DNA of 24,000 nucleotides from positions 22,503-46,502 of the forward strand of contig JAVBQK010000075.1 of assembly GCA_031549105.1 (NCBI GenBank). The letters run 5' to 3'. Positions within the stretch are counted from its first letter, which is position 1. Every line of letters begins with the position of its first letter. Both the position numbers and the translations under genes were made by a program. The DNA is from Eubacteriales bacterium. GTDB lineage: Bacteria > Bacillota > Clostridia > Christensenellales > Aristaeellaceae. Below, piece after piece: positions 1-6,961 of the stretch. Under the pieces are notes generated by a model. That model saw only the letters and a list, made by a program, of their open reading frames with translations. It searched no databases and had not been told where the DNA came from.

Positions 1-1
1 G

Positions 2-124
2 CAGGACAGGCTGGTTACAACCTGCGCAGGCGATGCGGTGTACAACCCCTCTGCGATTCCGGTGTGGGTTTGTGCTGGCGGCGCGGCAGTGCGCGTGGGG
101 CCGGGCGAGACGGTGCGCGTGTAG
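2..124 (+). CDS. 3' end of an unidentified CDS entering from the left edge (partial)
   Basis: Frame 2 is open from position 2 to the TAG at 122-124 (...TCAGDAVYNPSAIPVWVCAGGAAVRVGPGETVRV*). It is convergent with the next gene. Too short to assign a family. Confidence 0.3.
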   Translation, partial: QDRLVTTCAGDAVYNPSAIPVWVCAGGAAVRVGPGETVRV

Positions 125-139
125 GGGAAGAGGCCGTTC

Positions 140-685
140 TCATCCTTCTGTACCTTCCTTGGGTGAGGATACAGAAGGCATGCTGAGCGGCTTTTCTGCG
201 CGCGGTGGAGGAAAGATGCGGTTGATGAGGAGCGATAAAGCGACGCCTATGCCGGTGTCAATCATACGGTTGATGGTGTAGGCGATGTAGTTGTTTTCGT
301 TGACGGTCAGGAGGACCACATAGAAGACGACCGCTCCGGGCTGTATGCCGCCATCCGCACCGAGCAGCTGACCAACGATCAACAAAACGGCAAGTCCGGC
401 GGTCAGGAAGACCCACCCCGGGATGCCCAGCGGCTCGTGGTGGAAGAGCGGATAGAATGGGATGGCGATGAGACCGCCCAGGATGGTGCCGATGAAGCGG
501 TTCCCACCGTTTTTCAGACCTGCCTGGAAGACGTTGCCCAGGCCGAATACCGCACCGATGCAGGCAAAGCATGGATTGCGGCCGATCAACGAATAGACGA
601 GTGTCAGGATGCCCGTAGATGCCAGTGTCTTGATTGCACGCATACCCAGCGTAAAAGGTTTCTTTTTGGGTGCTTTTGTTTCCAT
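140..685 (-). CDS. ArAE/FUSC-family (aromatic acid exporter-like) integral membrane protein
   Basis: ORF 140..808 trimmed to the ATG at 685 (METKAPKKKPFTLGMRAIKT...). Multiple TM segments and the pattern GxRxxKTxxA...GxxFG...RxxGTxxGG...RxxDTxIGV typical of PF06081-like exporters. Confidence 0.65.
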   Translation of the reverse strand: METKAPKKKPFTLGMRAIKTLASTGILTLVYSLIGRNPCFACIGAVFGLGNVFQAGLKNGGNRFIGTILGGLIAIPFYPLFHHEPLGIPGWVFLTAGLAVLLIVGQLLGADGGIQPGAVVFYVVLLTVNENNYIAYTINRMIDTGIGVALSLLINRIFPPPRAEKPLSMPSVSSPKEGTEG

Positions 686-824
686 ACGGCAAACACACTC
701 CGGTGCTATTATCGGGAAAAACCGATTTATCTTATCATGGGTTGGGCGGAAAAACAAGATAAATGTGCGGGGTTTTGTGGGGTAGAATTGTATAGGGCGA
801 TGCCCCACGAGGTATATTTGCGAC

Positions 825-853
825 TTGACAGCGCTTGCTTTGTGTGATACTCT
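825..853 (+). promoter_or_regulatory. Candidate sigma70-type promoter for the tRNA
   Basis: TTGACA (825-830), 17 nt, TACTCT (848-853). Alternative extended -10 TGTGATACT. It lies ~14 nt upstream of the tRNA 5' end. Confidence 0.4.
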
Positions 854-866
854 GCAAACGCTGCAT

Positions 867-943
867 GTGCCCGTAGCTCAGCTGGATAGAGTGACAGACT
901 CCGACTCTGTAGGCCGAAGGTTCGAATCCTTTCGGGCACGCCA
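867..943 (+). tRNA. tRNA-Arg (anticodon CCG), CCA encoded
   Basis: Hand-folded cloverleaf: acceptor GTGCCCG/CGGGCAC, D-arm GCTC-AGCTGGATA-GAGT, anticodon stem ACAGA/TCTGT with loop CT-CCG-AC (anticodon at 901-903), 5-nt variable loop, T-arm GAAGG-TTCGAAT-CCTTT, discriminator G, CCA at 941-943. 77 nt. Confidence 0.9.
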
Positions 944-945
944 CA

Positions 946-991
946 GGAAACCCCTTGAAAACCCAGTGTTTTCAAGGGGTTTCCCCTTTTT
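946..991 (+). terminator. Rho-independent terminator after the tRNA
   Basis: Perfect 17-bp stem GGAAACCCCTTGAAAAC (946-962) / GTTTTCAAGGGGTTTCC (968-984), 5-nt loop, followed by CCTTTTT. Confidence 0.8.
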
Positions 992-1066
992 AAGCCCTCA
1001 AAATATCCTTATACGAGAACAACTGAAAAACCGCTAAAACACCTCGAAAAACCGGTTTACCGCTAC

Positions 1067-1172
1067 AAATGTCGGTCAAAATGTCGGTCAAAACACCCCC
1101 CTTTCTTGAGGCCCTGCCTAGCTTTTTCCAACTATCTGTCGGTAAAAATGTCGGTTAAAAAAGCTACCGACA
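1067..1172. repeat. Cluster of TGTCGGT-containing short repeats in the tRNA-to-phage junction
   Basis: Perfect 12-nt tandem AAATGTCGGTCA x2 (1067-1090). A second 12-nt-spaced pair has TGTCGGT at 1137-1143 and 1149-1155, and an inverted copy ACCGACA lies at 1166-1172. Confidence 0.6.
1144..1172 (-). terminator. Rho-independent terminator of the lysis operon
   Basis: Minus strand reads TGTCGGT-AGCTTTTTTA-ACCGACA-TTTTT, starting 10 nt after the holin TAG stop. Confidence 0.55.
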
Positions 1173-1182
1173 GTACCCCTCC

Positions 1183-1404
1183 CTAAAAATGCGCCCTATC
1201 CGCTGGATTATTGAGCACCCCGAAAACCGTCAGCAATTGCAGCACCCCGGCAATAATCGCCTCAATCGTTTCGCTAAGCCCCGTATCCACCACCCCCAGC
1301 GTCAGCAGCATTGCCATCACCTGTGCCGCCACCGCAGCCCATACCACCTTTGACCTAAGCCTCTCCCGGATCGTCTCCATATGTACACCCCGTTTCTCTC
1401 TCAC
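1183..1404 (-). CDS. Phage holin (phiLC3/LL-H-like small holin)
   Basis: 73-aa ORF with two hydrophobic helices (VVWAAVAAQVMAMLLTLGVV; IIAGVLQLLTVFGVLNNP). It is the last gene of the lysis cassette. The GTG at 1404 overlaps the upstream TGA (GTGA); an alternative ATG lies at 1380. Confidence 0.7.
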   Translation of the reverse strand: MREKRGVHMETIRERLRSKVVWAAVAAQVMAMLLTLGVVDTGLSETIEAIIAGVLQLLTVFGVLNNPADRAHF

Positions 1405-1652
1405 TTCTTGTAAAGATACCCCTTTAATTTCTTATCCGCTTCCTTCGCGTTGCCATTGGCACCCAACTGCACCAACCCATCCAGCGCGGCGGCAACGCCC
1501 TCCAACAATAACCCTCGCACCTCCGTCGCTTCCCGGTCGTGCTCTTCCAGTTGCTTAAACCGGTAAGAGAGCCGAAACAGCCACCCCAGCAGCCCGGCCA
1601 ACGGTACCAGCAACGCCAGCACGACGCCAACCTCCTTCAAATCGACCATCAT
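1401..1652 (-). CDS. Small N-terminally anchored membrane protein of the lysis cassette (holin partner/antiholin-like)
   Basis: ORF 1401..1727 trimmed to the ATG at 1652 (MMVDLKEVGVVLALLVPLAGLLGWLF...), 5 nt after the endolysin stop. One TM helix plus a charged helical tail. No family assigned. Confidence 0.5.
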   Translation of the reverse strand: MMVDLKEVGVVLALLVPLAGLLGWLFRLSYRFKQLEEHDREATEVRGLLLEGVAAALDGLVQLGANGNAKEADKKLKGYLYKK

Positions 1653-1657
1653 GCCGT

Positions 1658-2521
1658 TCACTCTTTCAACCACGCGCCAAACATAGCTGCCACCTGCTCC
1701 AGCTCCGCGCGGGGCACCTCCACGCAATCACCCGCAGGCACTTCACCCTCATCTGGGCCGTCGCCCGTACCTCCATCGTCATCCTCACCGCTCCCCGCAT
1801 GCTCAAACCACAGAAATTCGTCCTTAACCCACCCGGTAAATCCATCGTACATCGTTAAGGTGCAATCCCGCTGCCTGTCCATCACCGGCACCCGCGTTCC
1901 CAGCGGAATGCGCAGCATGAACTGCCCGCCCGGCGTCTTGCGCATGTTCACCGTGCTGCCGGTGTCTGCGTGCGTCAGGGCAAACCCAGTCAGCCCTCCA
2001 CCCTCGCCATCCTCACCGCCGGTGCTGTCTCCGGCACCATCCCCGGAATCCCCGCCGTCCCCAATACCGCCATCGCCATATGCCACAGCTTTTAGCAGCC
2101 CCACATGCGTCCACCCATTCTGCAAAGTGCTCGCCGCCACGCATCCCCGCGAATACGAAGAATGCACGACCTCCGCGTCCATATTGGTATATAACCCCGC
2201 ATGCGAAGCGTTGCCCAACCCGTCCGCCTTGTATTTTGCCGGTTCCCCGCCGTTCCGCTCCACAATAAACAGCACAGCCCCCGGTATCAGCGCACCTCGC
2301 GCCCTGGCCTCCGCAAGCGTCCCCACCCATTCGCACGCATTGCGGTACATGTCATTGCTTCCGGCATAGCTCATTTTCCCGCCCGCCTGCCGCACGCAAT
2401 ACTCGATCAACCCCTGGCAATCCATCCCCGCCAAGGTATCGCCGCCCATCACATACGGAATCCTGGCCTTGCCCAGCAGCGCCACCGCTGCCCGTGCCAC
2501 CGCATCACCTGTTGGTTTCAT
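1658..2521 (-). CDS. Endolysin: NlpC/P60 cysteine peptidase + SH3-like cell-wall-binding domain
   Basis: Catalytic Cys context GMDCQGLIEY and His context ASHAGLY. A Gly/Asp-rich linker is followed by an SH3-like segment (ALTHADTGSTVNMRKTPGG...GWVKDEFL). Its ATG overlaps the MTase TGA (ATGA). Confidence 0.85.
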   Translation of the reverse strand: MKPTGDAVARAAVALLGKARIPYVMGGDTLAGMDCQGLIEYCVRQAGGKMSYAGSNDMYRNACEWVGTLAEARARGALIPGAVLFIVERNGGEPAKYKADGLGNASHAGLYTNMDAEVVHSSYSRGCVAASTLQNGWTHVGLLKAVAYGDGGIGDGGDSGDGAGDSTGGEDGEGGGLTGFALTHADTGSTVNMRKTPGGQFMLRIPLGTRVPVMDRQRDCTLTMYDGFTGWVKDEFLWFEHAGSGEDDDGGTGDGPDEGEVPAGDCVEVPRAELEQVAAMFGAWLKE

Positions 2522-4527
2522 CCCGCGTTCACCTCCACCGTTTGAATCTCCACGCCCAGCCGCTCCGCCGCCCTCCTGGCAATCTCCCCGTCAACCTCGA
2601 TCCCCACCGCGTCGTACCCCTCCAGCCGTGCGGCCTCCAGCGTGCTACCGCCTCCGGCAAACGGGTCCAGGATGCGCCCGCCCGGCACGCAAATCTTCAC
2701 AACCGACCGCATCAGCTCCACCGGCTTCTGCGTCATGTGTATCCGCTGCGCGCCCGCCACATTGCTCTGCGCAAACACGCCCGGCAAATAGGGACAAGGC
2801 CGGTCAATGGGCAGCCGTCCATTGCTGCCCCACAGCAGGAACTCCGCCTGCTGCTTGAACCGCCCTGGCTGAGGCCGGGCGTTCAGCTTGTCCCATACCA
2901 CCGCGCCCCGCCATGTCCAGCCCGCGCGCTGCAAAGCGTCTGACGCTGCCGGGTACTGTCGCCAATCCACGAACAACGCGCAGACAGCCCCCGGCGCGCA
3001 CACACTCCGCGCCACCTCCAGCGCCTCTACCATGAACGATGTCCATGCGCGCTGATCCATTGATTCCCCGGCAAACGCATCAAAAGGCGCATGCTGCTTT
3101 GCAGCCGTATACTTTTCACACGGCGATTTCTGCCGCTCGCCCATCGTGCGCCCACCGCTCGAATACGGCGGGTCGGTGATCACTGCGTCAAACAGTTCGC
3201 CCGGCAGCGCCCGCATCACCCGCAGCGCGTTCCCCTGGTACAGCTCAATGCTCCCCATGCCCACATCACCCTCCCCACACATCATTGATCGGCGGAAACA
3301 TATTGACCGGCACCATCTGCCCCGCTGACGCGTTTCCAGCGCCATGCCGATACCTTGCAGAATGCCTATGCCAAGTTCTTCATAGCCCTTTGGGGATAAG
3401 TTGAATACACCGTCCATTGTTTGATTGCGAAGGATCAGCAGCGATCCCGAAGAACTCCCGGATGCCACGGCCAGCAACGTACCGTCCGGCGAAAACGTGC
3501 AGCCACCACCGCTGCCAGATAGGGGCGATGCCGGATCAGCCAGCTTTGTGAACACGTCCCCACTCCGCCTGTACATCGCGATATAGGGCGAATTGGCATA
3601 TGTCACGACGAAAAACGCGCCACATGGAGAAAACTTGCAACTGCTCGCAAGCCACATACCGGAACCTGGAATGATCACTGCGTTCACCAGTTTCGTAAAT
3701 ATATCTCCATCCCGCTTGTAAACCGCAACGAACGGACTGCCAATATGCACTATAGCCAAATACAAGCTGTCCGGTGAAAACGCGCAGCGAGAGGCTGAAC
3801 TTGGTGGGGCTTGTCCGGGGTCCGCCAGTTTTGTGAACGTATCCCCGCTCCGCTTGTACATCGCGATATAAGGAGAATTGTTGCCCGTTATCGCCAAATA
3901 CGCGCCATTGGGCGAGAAAACACACCCATTAGCACCGCCGCTCGGACTTGACATGGAGGTAGACAACTTTGTAAATGTGTCCCCACTTCTTTTGTAGATG
4001 GCAATGTAATTCGTTCCACTGCCCACCACCGCCAAATGCAGGCCGTCCGGTGAAAACGCGCACGCACTCGCTGTCCCCGCTGGAAGCGAGGCGGGATCTG
4101 TCAGCTTTGTAAACGTATCCCCGCTTCGCTTGTAGATCGTGACATAGGGAGTGCTATGATGCGTTACCGCCAAATACACGCCGTCCGGCGAAAACGCGCA
4201 GCTCCTTGCTTCGCCAACCGGCAATTCCGCCGGGTTTGCCAACTTGCTGAAAGCATCCCCACTTCGCTTGTAGATTGCGATGTACGGAGCACTCATCAGC
4301 ACGGAAACCATGTATGCGCCGTCAGGAGAAAACGCGGTATCTCGTACCGCGCTGGTTGGCGGTTCGGCAAGCGTAACCGCGCTTGTACCAATGGCACTGA
4401 TGCCCTTCCTGTATTCCACCGCCGCGTATTTGCCGACCCCCTCCAGCGCGGGCAACGTTATTTCCCGCGTCCAGGCAGCCGGTAGTTTTGTGCCGCTGCC
4501 GTGCTGTCCGATGACCTTTATGCTCAT
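2518..4527 (-). CDS. As-sequenced fusion ORF: 7-bladed beta-propeller (FSPDG-repeat) fibre-associated protein joined to a beta-class N6/N4 DNA methyltransferase. Probably two genes (propeller 3266..4527; MTase 2518..3258/3264) merged by a 1-nt deletion at ~3333-3335
   Basis: The start at ATG 4527 (MSIKVIG...) overlaps the upstream TGA. There are seven ~47-aa blades of the form CAFSPDGxYLAV...SPYIxIYKRSGDTFTKL. The C-terminal ~247 aa carry motif IV DPPY (3162-3173) before motif I LDPFAGGGST (2641-2670), which is the beta-class order. See the finding for the frameshift evidence. Confidence 0.8.
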   Translation of the reverse strand: MSIKVIGQHGSGTKLPAAWTREITLPALEGVGKYAAVEYRKGISAIGTSAVTLAEPPTSAVRDTAFSPDGAYMVSVLMSAPYIAIYKRSGDAFSKLANPAELPVGEARSCAFSPDGVYLAVTHHSTPYVTIYKRSGDTFTKLTDPASLPAGTASACAFSPDGLHLAVVGSGTNYIAIYKRSGDTFTKLSTSMSSPSGGANGCVFSPNGAYLAITGNNSPYIAMYKRSGDTFTKLADPGQAPPSSASRCAFSPDSLYLAIVHIGSPFVAVYKRDGDIFTKLVNAVIIPGSGMWLASSCKFSPCGAFFVVTYANSPYIAMYRRSGDVFTKLADPASPLSGSGGGCTFSPDGTLLAVASGSSSGSLLILRNQTMDGVFNLSPKGYEELGIGILQGIGMALETRQRGRWCRSICFRRSMMCGEGDVGMGSIELYQGNALRVMRALPGELFDAVITDPPYSSGGRTMGERQKSPCEKYTAAKQHAPFDAFAGESMDQRAWTSFMVEALEVARSVCAPGAVCALFVDWRQYPAASDALQRAGWTWRGAVVWDKLNARPQPGRFKQQAEFLLWGSNGRLPIDRPCPYLPGVFAQSNVAGAQRIHMTQKPVELMRSVVKICVPGGRILDPFAGGGSTLEAARLEGYDAVGIEVDGEIARRAAERLGVEIQTVEVNAG
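3342..4332 (-). repeat. Coding tandem repeat, ~141 nt x7 (propeller blades of protein 2)
   Basis: Periodic recurrence of the FSPDG...IYKRSGDTFTKL codons. This periodicity also explains the repetitive shadow ORFs in other frames. Confidence 0.7.
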
Positions 4528-5765
4528 ACTGCACCCCACACATCGCCAAATGGAGGGAATAGGTTTACCCTTACCGCCTGCCCATTTTTCGCGTTCTCCA
4601 AGGCCATTCCAATGCCAAGCAATCCGCCTGTTTCAATCTCTTTATAGCCTTCGCCTGTGATGTTTCGAACCCCGTCCGATACTTGGTTGCGGTAAATTCG
4701 CAGAAAAGGGGCCTGCTCGTGTGCAACGGCCAAATACTGCTGATCCGGTGAAAATGCGCAGTGTTGTCCGATGCCGGGCAACGCGGCTGGCCCTTCCACC
4801 TTTGCGAACGCATCCCCAATCCTTTTGTAAACAGAAATGAACGGGGAGCCGTAATGCGTCAGAACCCAAAACGCTCCGTTCGCCCACGCGGCGCAGGATG
4901 TTACGGTGCTGGGCGGCTGCACTGTGGTGGCGTCTAGCTTCGTGTAGGCATCCCCGTTTCGCTTGTAGATGATAATGTATGGCGAAGCGGCATATCCCAC
5001 GGCAAGGTAGGCTCCATCCGGTGAAAAGGCGCAGCGGTGGCTATATCCTGTCGGTACGGCTGAGGGATTTGACAATTTTGTGAAGGTATCCCCACTGCGC
5101 TTGTAAATGCAGATGTACGGGCTGTTTTCATGCACAACAGCAAGATGCGCTCCATCCGGCGAAAACGTGCAATATCGCCCGACAGAGGTCGGCAGCGACG
5201 CCGGGTTTGAAAGCTTCGTAAAGGTATCACCGCTTCGCTTGTAGATGCTGATATAAGGGGACCCAAAATGCGCGACAGCCAAATGAACCCCGTCCGGTGA
5301 AAACGTGCATCCGACTGGACTGTTATAGAGCGTTGGGGTTGTTAGTTTTGTAAACACATCCCCGTTTCGCCTATACACAGCAAAATATCCCGTTCCGCTC
5401 CATCCCACCGCCAGATGCATCCCGTCAGGCGAAAATGCACAGCAGGTTGCGTGATAGGCTGGCAGCGAAGCGGGGTCTGCCAGTTTCGTAAACACATCTC
5501 CGTTCCGTTTATAGATCGTGATGTATGGCGACCCTTCGTATGCAACGGCCAGGTAGGCGTTATCCCTCGAAAATGCGCAGCATTTTGGGGTGCCCACCGG
5601 CAAATCGGCGGGCGTAACCGCATCGGCACCTATCTCAACATTGGAAACATGCTCTACCGCAGCTTGCTTTTCTATCGCCTCCATGGCGGTCAGCGACACT
5701 TCCCGCTGCCAACCGCCGGGGAAGCCTTCCCTGCTGCAAAAAATACCCGCTGTTCGCACGCTCAT
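4524..5765 (-). CDS. 7-bladed beta-propeller (FSPDG/PD40-like repeat) protein, putative receptor-binding/fibre-distal protein (paralog 1)
   Basis: ORF 4524..5984 trimmed to ATG 5765 (MSVRTAGIF...), which overlaps the collagen-gene TGA (ATGA). Its N-terminus (..W.RE[VI].L.A[ML]E...AAVE) and C-terminus (GIGMALEN...FPP..DVWG) parallel paralog 2. Confidence 0.8.
   Translation of the reverse strand: MSVRTAGIFCSREGFPGGWQREVSLTAMEAIEKQAAVEHVSNVEIGADAVTPADLPVGTPKCCAFSRDNAYLAVAYEGSPYITIYKRNGDVFTKLADPASLPAYHATCCAFSPDGMHLAVGWSGTGYFAVYRRNGDVFTKLTTPTLYNSPVGCTFSPDGVHLAVAHFGSPYISIYKRSGDTFTKLSNPASLPTSVGRYCTFSPDGAHLAVVHENSPYICIYKRSGDTFTKLSNPSAVPTGYSHRCAFSPDGAYLAVGYAASPYIIIYKRNGDAYTKLDATTVQPPSTVTSCAAWANGAFWVLTHYGSPFISVYKRIGDAFAKVEGPAALPGIGQHCAFSPDQQYLAVAHEQAPFLRIYRNQVSDGVRNITGEGYKEIETGGLLGIGMALENAKNGQAVRVNLFPPFGDVWGAV
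4610..5582 (-). repeat. Coding tandem repeat, ~141 nt x7 (propeller blades of protein 1)
   Basis: Seven blades: CCAFSRDNAYLAV, CCAFSPDGMHLAV, GCTFSPDGVHLAV, YCTFSPDGAHLAV, RCAFSPDGAYLAV, SCAAWANGAFWVL, HCAFSPDQQYLAV. Confidence 0.7.
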
Positions 5766-6961
5766 CCCCGCACCTCCAGCATCACCGGCATGTCGGTTGT
5801 CGGGATGGTCCCGCGCAGCGTCACCGTTAGGCTGCCTATGGCCTGACCCGTCACCTGCGGCATCGCGGCGCACCACGCCGTGAACTGATCCGCCGTTGCC
5901 GTTTGGGCAATGGATAAATCGCCCGGCTGATCTGCCCGTACAATCGCCGCACATGCAAGCACCTGACTGCCACCCCCGTCCCATCCCGTGGCCGTCAGCG
6001 TCAGCGCATGCGTTTCCACCCGCATGGCAGGTCCTTGCTCGCCCTGCGGCCCTTGCGCGCCAGTCGAACCGGTTTCTCCTGGTGCGCCCTCCGGCCCCGC
6101 ATCGCCTTTGTCACCCTTTGGCCCCTGTACACCCTGCGCGCCAGTGTCGCCCTTCATGCCTTGTACGCCCTGCGGTCCCCGGATGTTGACCGCCTCCGGG
6201 TTTGTCAGGCTGCCGTTGTTTGTCCAGCTTATTTCGCCCGCCGTGCCCACGGTGGGGGTGAAGTATGGCCCCTGTGCTCCTGTCGCACCCTTTGCACCGG
6301 TGGCCCCGGTATCGCCTTTCGCTCCCTGAACGCCCTGCGCTCCAGCATCGCCCGTGCCGCCCTTTTCGCCCTGCGGCCCGGTTTCACCCTTTTCCCCTTG
6401 GATGCCTTGTGCTCCCGTGTCACCCTTTGGCCCTTGGGTGCCCTGACTGCCCGTTGCGCCGGTGTCACCCTTTGGCCCTGGGGCACCCTGCGGCCCGGTC
6501 GGCCCTTCCGGTCCTTGCAGCGGACCCAATGCGTTCCAGCCGCCCAGGTCTACGTCCCAAACGTAGATTACATTGCTTTCCGCCGTGCCCACCGCGTAGG
6601 CATCGCCCTGCTCGCCGGTGGGATGCATTTCCATAAGGGCCTCCAGCGTTTCATACCGGGCCAAGATCGTAAAGCTCTGCCCGCTCGCGCCGGTCGGTCC
6701 GGGTTTGCCGGTGTCGCCCTTTTCGCCCCGGTCGCCCTTGGCTCCCTGCGGCCCGGTTTCCCCTATAATTCCTTGCGGGCCAATGCTGCCGGTATTGCCT
6801 TTCTCGCCTTGTGGCCCGGTGTCGCCTTTGCTTCCCTGCAACCCTGTGTCGCCCTTCACGCCCTGGATGCCTTGCGCGCCCTTATCGCCTGTATCACCTT
6901 TCAGCCCTTGGACACCCTGCAACCCCTGCGCGCCCCGGTCGCCTTTTTCGCCCTGTGGCCC
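5762..6961 (-). CDS. Collagen-like (Gly-X-Y) tail-fibre shaft with a globular C-terminal domain; it is the in-frame continuation of the BppU-N ORF after a TAG
   Basis: Long GXY runs are interrupted by two non-collagen inserts (SFTILARYETLEALMEMHP..., PYFTPTVGTAGEISWTNNGSL...). The same frame continues upstream across the TAG at 6962-6964. The track start at 6922 is a TTG with no RBS. Confidence 0.75.
   Translation of the reverse strand, partial: GPQGEKGDRGAQGLQGVQGLKGDTGDKGAQGIQGVKGDTGLQGSKGDTGPQGEKGNTGSIGPQGIIGETGPQGAKGDRGEKGDTGKPGPTGASGQSFTILARYETLEALMEMHPTGEQGDAYAVGTAESNVIYVWDVDLGGWNALGPLQGPEGPTGPQGAPGPKGDTGATGSQGTQGPKGDTGAQGIQGEKGETGPQGEKGGTGDAGAQGVQGAKGDTGATGAKGATGAQGPYFTPTVGTAGEISWTNNGSLTNPEAVNIRGPQGVQGMKGDTGAQGVQGPKGDKGDAGPEGAPGETGSTGAQGPQGEQGPAMRVETHALTLTATGWDGGGSQVLACAAIVRADQPGDLSIAQTATADQFTAWCAAMPQVTGQAIGSLTVTLRGTIPTTDMPVMLEVRG

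Noticed and set aside
867-943. The tRNA as a phage-encoded suppressor or specialised tRNA.
   Set aside because: The anticodon is CCG (Arg), the cloverleaf is canonical, and it has its own promoter and terminator upstream of the phage junction. It looks like a host gene and a possible integration target.
3320-3340. Programmed -1/+1 ribosomal frameshifting at the propeller 2/MTase junction.
   Set aside because: The site (CTG GAA ACG) is not a slippery X XXY YYZ heptamer, and no downstream stimulatory structure is obvious. A 1-nt indel relative to the paralog is the simpler explanation.
3342-5582. Regular ~141-bp periodic repeats that could be mistaken for a CRISPR array or satellite.
   Set aside because: The repeats are in-frame coding units (propeller blades) with no unique spacer structure, and the repeat copies are diverged at synonymous and loop positions.
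5765-5984. N-terminal 73-aa extension of ORF 4524..5984 (MGRGWQSGACMCGDC...).
   Set aside because: It overlaps the C-terminal domain of the collagen-like gene in another frame. The paralog alignment and the ATGA junction place the true start at 5765.
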